Assembly (NCBI GenBank): GCA_036390115.1
Contig: DASWCM010000003.1
Span: 101,111 to 165,110, forward strand
Source: Blattabacteriaceae bacterium
Lineage (GTDB): Bacteria; Bacteroidota; Bacteroidia; Flavobacteriales; Blattabacteriaceae
Direction of reading: 5' to 3'
Length of the DNA: 64,000 bases
This document shows positions 60,382 to 64,000 of this stretch, one piece after another; position 1 is the stretch's first letter, and each line of letters begins with the position of its first letter. A program made the translations under genes and the position numbers. The notes below the pieces were generated by a model that worked only from the letters and a program-made list of their open reading frames with translations, was not told where the DNA came from and searched no databases.

Positions 60382-60618
60382 AATTTCTCCTTTCTTAAAG
60401 GTTAAGTAACCATTAATATTTTACTTAATAACTAAGTTATTAAAAACGTATTACATACGATTTTTTTAAAGAGTTTAGGGTTATTTTCTTTGGGAGTTAT
60501 TTTAGGATTGATTCTCATGTAAAGAGTTTTGAATGATCTAAGCTTTTCCAGCGTGGAAAAATAAAGTACCAGAAAATAAATAGGGATAAAACTGCAATAA
60601 TTCAAAGTGTGAAAAAAT

Positions 60619-60750
60619 ATGAAAAGAACATATCAACCTTCTAGAATAAAAAGAGCCAATAAACATGGTTTTCTGAAAAGAATGAGTACTAAAAGTAGTA
60701 AAAAAGTATTGAAAAGAAGAAGATCAAAAGGGAGGAAAATATTAGTTTAA
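60619..60750 (+). CDS. rpmH: 50S ribosomal protein L34
   Basis: Absent from the ORF track. My translation is [43 protein letters not shown], 43 aa. Confidence 0.93.
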   Translation: MKRTYQPSRIKRANKHGFLKRMSTKSSKKVLKRRRSKGRKILV

Positions 60751-60796
60751 AGTTATCCTTTTCAGAGATTTTTTATTACTTTTTAATTTTTGTGGT

Positions 60797-61633
60797 ATGT
60801 TTTGGAATTTTTTTCTAATTTGGAAAAAACTCTTAAGTTGGAGAGTTATAGGATACTTGTTCGAAAGTTTATCCATTTTACTTGGAGCTTTTCTAAAAAT
60901 TTTAACGTTTAATAACAAATTTGATAAAACAAAATCCTCTGTTTTAAGGAATTACAACCTACTATTTTTCCTATCAATAATTTTCATATTCCCCCCTTTG
61001 AAAAATTTTGGGTATAAACTCCTAACTGTATCTGCAATTTTGATATTAGTATATCAAAAGTTTTTTATTGACTTTTCTAGTAGCATTTCTCTTTTAATAT
61101 CTCAACCTTTTCGGTTTGGGGATTACTTTGAAACATCAAAAGGTTTTTCTGGATATGTTCAGGAAATAACATTAAGACACACAGTTATAAGAACTGTAAA
61201 TAATAATAAAATTGTTTTTCCTGTTAGAACTCTAAACGAAGAGTTTATTATAAATAATAATATTGGAGACATAATAGTTAGAAAAAATATAAATATTAAA
61301 ATTTATTATAGCTTTAAGCTAAATTTGGCTATAAAGATTATCAAAGAAGAAGTAGAAAAACATCCTTTTTGTATTGACGGAAGAACATACGAAGAAAAAA
61401 AAAATTATCTCCCTTTAGTTCTTGTTAAAATAACAAGTTTTAATGATTTTTCTCTAAATCTTAGAACCTTTGTATGGGCAGAAGATAATAGTAAAGGAAT
61501 TCAACTTGAATGGGATTGCCTTAATAAAATAATAAATAGATTTGAAAAAGAAGAAGTTTTCCTTTCTCTCCCAAAAATAATTATATTAAAAAATTTTTCA
61601 TACAAAGGCTTCTGTTTTATAGAAAATGTTTAA
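60797..61633 (+). CDS. Mechanosensitive ion channel family protein (MscS-like)
   Basis: 278 aa. N-terminal TM helices, then ISQPFRFGDYFETSKGFSGYVQEITLRHTVIRTVNNNKIVFPVRTLNEEFIINN, the MscS beta-domain signature. The start codon is uncertain. Confidence 0.8.
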   Translation: MFWNFFLIWKKLLSWRVIGYLFESLSILLGAFLKILTFNNKFDKTKSSVLRNYNLLFFLSIIFIFPPLKNFGYKLLTVSAILILVYQKFFIDFSSSISLLISQPFRFGDYFETSKGFSGYVQEITLRHTVIRTVNNNKIVFPVRTLNEEFIINNNIGDIIVRKNINIKIYYSFKLNLAIKIIKEEVEKHPFCIDGRTYEEKKNYLPLVLVKITSFNDFSLNLRTFVWAEDNSKGIQLEWDCLNKIINRFEKEEVFLSLPKIIILKNFSYKGFCFIENV

Positions 61634-63035
61634 AATATTTTACATGAATCTCAATAAAGCTCTTGATAAAAAAGTATTTAAAATTATAAGACAATCTTTT
61701 CAAGAAGTTGGAAATCACGGTTATGTTATTGGTGGATATGTCCGAGATTATATAATCGGAAGAATAAAAGAAACAAAATACATAGATATTTTCACTATAG
61801 GCGATGTAATTCTTTTAGCCAAACTAGTTTCTAAAAAAATAGAAGGATCTACTAGAATTCGTATTTCCCGACGTTTTGGGACAGCTTTCCTTAAATATGA
61901 GAATAAAGAAATAAAATTTTTAAAAACTTTGGATGCTTTAGGGGCATATCAAAAAAGACGTGATTTTACCATAAATTCTTTGGCTATAGGATTAAATAGA
62001 AATGATTTCGGACAATTGATCGATCCTTTTAATGGGTTTAAAGATTTGAAAGATAAAATAATCCGAACGCCTTTAGATCCAGATTTAACCTATTTAGAGT
62101 CTCCATTAAGGATGATCCGTGCTCTAAGTTTGGGTTCTAAATTAAGGTTTAGAATAGAAAAATCTTCGTTCTATTCCATAAAAAAAAATATCAATCGTAT
62201 ATCGATCGTTCCTATAAAACCCATTATGGATGAATTCCATAAAATTCTTTTATCTGACCAACCGTCTAAAGGCATTCGTTTACTTTATGGAGCTGGATTG
62301 CTGTCTATTCTTCTTCCAGAAGTAACAGACCTTCAAGGTATAGAAGAAAAGGATGGATATAGTCATAAAGACAATTTTTTCCATACAATAGAAGTAGTTG
62401 ATAATGTTAGCAGAAAAAGTTCTTCTTTGTGGTTAAGATGGGCTGCCCTTTTGCACGATATAGGAAAAAAGATAACAAAAAAATATCTGCCCAATATAGG
62501 GTGGAGTTTTCATTCTCATGAATTCGTTGGTTCTAATATGATCCCTAAAATCTTTAAAAGGTTAAAATTACCCCCAGAAACGCAAATGAGATTTGTTAAA
62601 AAAATAGTCAGATACAGTTCTAGACCAGTTTCTTTAGTAGACTGTCATACCACAGATTCTGCTCTACGCAGATTTATTTTTGATGCTGGAAATGAATTGG
62701 AAGATCTTATGCTTCTCTGTAAATCAGATATCACTACAAAAAATGTAATGAAAAAGCGTCAATATAAAAATAATTTTACTTTAGTTTCCTTCAAGTTTCA
62801 GAAACTTGAAGAAAAAGATAGACTCAGAAATTGGAGATCTCCCCTATCTGGAAATGATATTATGAATCTATTTAAGATTCACCCTTGTAAGCAAGTTGGA
62901 CTCATTAAAAAATATCTAAAAGCAGCAATTTTAGAAGGGGAAATTTCTAATGAATTTGACGCTGCTTATAAATTTATATTGAGGAAGGGAGAGGAGTTAG
63001 GGTTAGTTAACATGCTTATATGCGTTGTAAGATGA
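61626..63035 (+). CDS. cca: tRNA nucleotidyltransferase (CCA-adding enzyme) with HD domain
   Basis: GGYVRDYIIGR, RRDFTINSLA and an HD region (FHTIEV..LLHDIGK). The start may be the Met at 61644. Confidence 0.88.
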   Translation: MFKIFYMNLNKALDKKVFKIIRQSFQEVGNHGYVIGGYVRDYIIGRIKETKYIDIFTIGDVILLAKLVSKKIEGSTRIRISRRFGTAFLKYENKEIKFLKTLDALGAYQKRRDFTINSLAIGLNRNDFGQLIDPFNGFKDLKDKIIRTPLDPDLTYLESPLRMIRALSLGSKLRFRIEKSSFYSIKKNINRISIVPIKPIMDEFHKILLSDQPSKGIRLLYGAGLLSILLPEVTDLQGIEEKDGYSHKDNFFHTIEVVDNVSRKSSSLWLRWAALLHDIGKKITKKYLPNIGWSFHSHEFVGSNMIPKIFKRLKLPPETQMRFVKKIVRYSSRPVSLVDCHTTDSALRRFIFDAGNELEDLMLLCKSDITTKNVMKKRQYKNNFTLVSFKFQKLEEKDRLRNWRSPLSGNDIMNLFKIHPCKQVGLIKKYLKAAILEGEISNEFDAAYKFILRKGEELGLVNMLICVVR

Positions 63036-63848
63036 ACGTATTAGAGCTCCGCTTTCTACATGACGGAACCCCATATCTATTCCTATTTCTTTGTATTTTT
63101 TAAATTGATCTGGATGAATAAAATCGTGCACGGATATACGCCCATTTTTTGGTTTCAAATACTGCCCAATAGTTATAATATCTACTTGAGCTTTTTTGAT
63201 ATCAATCATCGCTTGATATACTTCTTCTTTATTTTCGCCCAGTCCAAGCATAATGCTTGTTTTCGTCCTTATTTTCCCATTTTCTTTCAAATAGCGAAGT
63301 ACATTTAAACTTCTATCATATTTAGCTTGAATTCTCACTTTTTTAGTTAATCTTCGCACAGTTTCCAAATTATGGGATATAACTTCAGGTTTTACGTAAA
63401 TTATTCTATCAATAATAGATTTATTTTCTTGGAAATCAGGAATGAGTGTTTCAATAGAAGTTCCAGGGCTAATTCTACGAATTGCTTGAACAGTTTCTGT
63501 CCATATTAAAGATCCCATATCTTTTAGATCGTCTCTATCTACCGATGTAATAACAGCGTGTTTAATTTTCATGCTTTTTATGGAATAAGCAACTCTTTCA
63601 GGTTCTTCCCAATTTACTGTATTAGGCTGCCCAGTTTTCACTCCACAAAAACTGCATGATCTGGTACAAATATTACCCAATATCATTAAAGTTGCCACTC
63701 CTTTATTCCAACACTCTCCCATGTTTGGACAACTGCCACTTTGGCATATCGTATTAAGTTTATAATTTACAATGGTTTCTTTTATCTTTCGATAATTTTC
63801 TCCCATTGTAAATTTTGCCCTAATCCATTCAGGCTTTTCAAAAGGCAT
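63003..63848 (-). CDS. lipA: Lipoyl synthase
   Basis: 281 aa. CQSGSCPNMGECW and radical SAM CTRSCSFCGV clusters. Confidence 0.95.
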   Translation of the reverse strand: MPFEKPEWIRAKFTMGENYRKIKETIVNYKLNTICQSGSCPNMGECWNKGVATLMILGNICTRSCSFCGVKTGQPNTVNWEEPERVAYSIKSMKIKHAVITSVDRDDLKDMGSLIWTETVQAIRRISPGTSIETLIPDFQENKSIIDRIIYVKPEVISHNLETVRRLTKKVRIQAKYDRSLNVLRYLKENGKIRTKTSIMLGLGENKEEVYQAMIDIKKAQVDIITIGQYLKPKNGRISVHDFIHPDQFKKYKEIGIDMGFRHVESGALIRSSYNAYKHVN

Positions 63849-63869
63849 CCATCTAATAATTTTAAAAAT

Positions 63870-64000
63870 ATGAAAACAGTGGAAAAAAAATTGAGAGCCT
63901 TATACAGGCTTCAATTAGTGGATTCTCAAATAGATAAATTAAGGGGACTAGTTCAAGTTCTTCCTTTAGAAATACAAGTATTGGAAGATAAACTAAAGGA
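63870..64000 (+). CDS. Coiled-coil protein, N-terminal fragment (COG1579/zinc-ribbon-type, runs off window)
   Basis: MKTVEKKLRALYRLQLVDSQIDKLRGLVQVLPLEIQVLEDKLK. From memory this resembles the N-terminus of the conserved Bacteroidota coiled-coil plus C4 zinc-ribbon protein. It is truncated by the window end. Confidence 0.5.
   Translation, partial: MKTVEKKLRALYRLQLVDSQIDKLRGLVQVLPLEIQVLEDKLK

Noticed and set aside
60544-60560. Hairpin ttttcca-gcg-tggaaaa in the sucD/rpmH divergent spacer
   Set aside because: It is a short 7-bp stem with no following T tract, so it is plausible by chance. Its TTCCA..TGGAA arms loosely echo the rpsU palindrome, but two instances are not enough to call a motif.
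1-64000. Searched for CRISPR arrays, IS elements or transposases, integrases, toxin-antitoxin or defence cassettes, and rRNA genes
   Set aside because: I found none. All sizeable ORFs are housekeeping genes or antisense artefacts. The only repeats seen are homopolymers, short AT-rich repeats and the palindromes listed.

Overview
This window is an AT-rich, very gene-dense stretch of a reduced bacterial genome. Most spacers are under 20 nt and many genes overlap by 4 to 30 nt. I saw no Shine-Dalgarno motif upstream of the starts I inspected. Several signatures point to a Flavobacteriales (Bacteroidota) insect endosymbiont of the Blattabacterium/Sulcia/Uzinura/Walczuchella type: secG-groES-groEL, rpmB-rpmG-small DUF4295-like ORF-ftsY, a long LepB with an N-terminal YKKAG..W segment, the Suf system, and an SD-less rpsU. 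The exact taxon cannot be fixed without a database search.

Content in order:
- fusA 3' end
- the S10-spc-alpha ribosomal protein cluster (rpsJ to rplQ, including secY, infA, rpmJ and rpoA)
- aroC, miaA, lepB, dapB
- two tRNAs, then infB
- sufSDCB, pheS, rlmB-like, pdhB
- trpS, glnS, lepA, rplU-rpmA, one tRNA, miaB
- secG-groES-groEL, rpsA, rsmD, gyrA, aroB
- tRNA-Ser, asnS, frr, metF, serS, rpmB-rpmG
- tRNA-Arg, rpsU, mnmE, rplS, dapD, ruvX, def
- the thrS-infC-rpmI-rplT operon
- sucD, rpmH, an MscS-like channel, the CCA-adding enzyme, lipA

I found no mobile elements, CRISPR array, rRNA, prophage or defence-like cassette, and I do not see a novel multi-gene system.

The interesting signal is ongoing genome erosion. 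Clear gene ghosts remain for enolase, an atpB-atpE-atpF-atpH(-atpA) ATP synthase cluster, ftsY and ffh. A weaker ghost resembles pdhA. rpmC, rplX and rpmD are cleanly absent from the ribosomal cluster. The essential thrS carries a frameshift inside an A11 tract, which is a candidate for rescue by transcriptional slippage. Intact genes carry in-frame A13 and A14 tracts. A perfect 22-nt palindrome lies in front of rpsU.

All product calls come from my own recognition of the translated ORFs and from synteny; no searches were run. Pseudogene boundaries are approximate.
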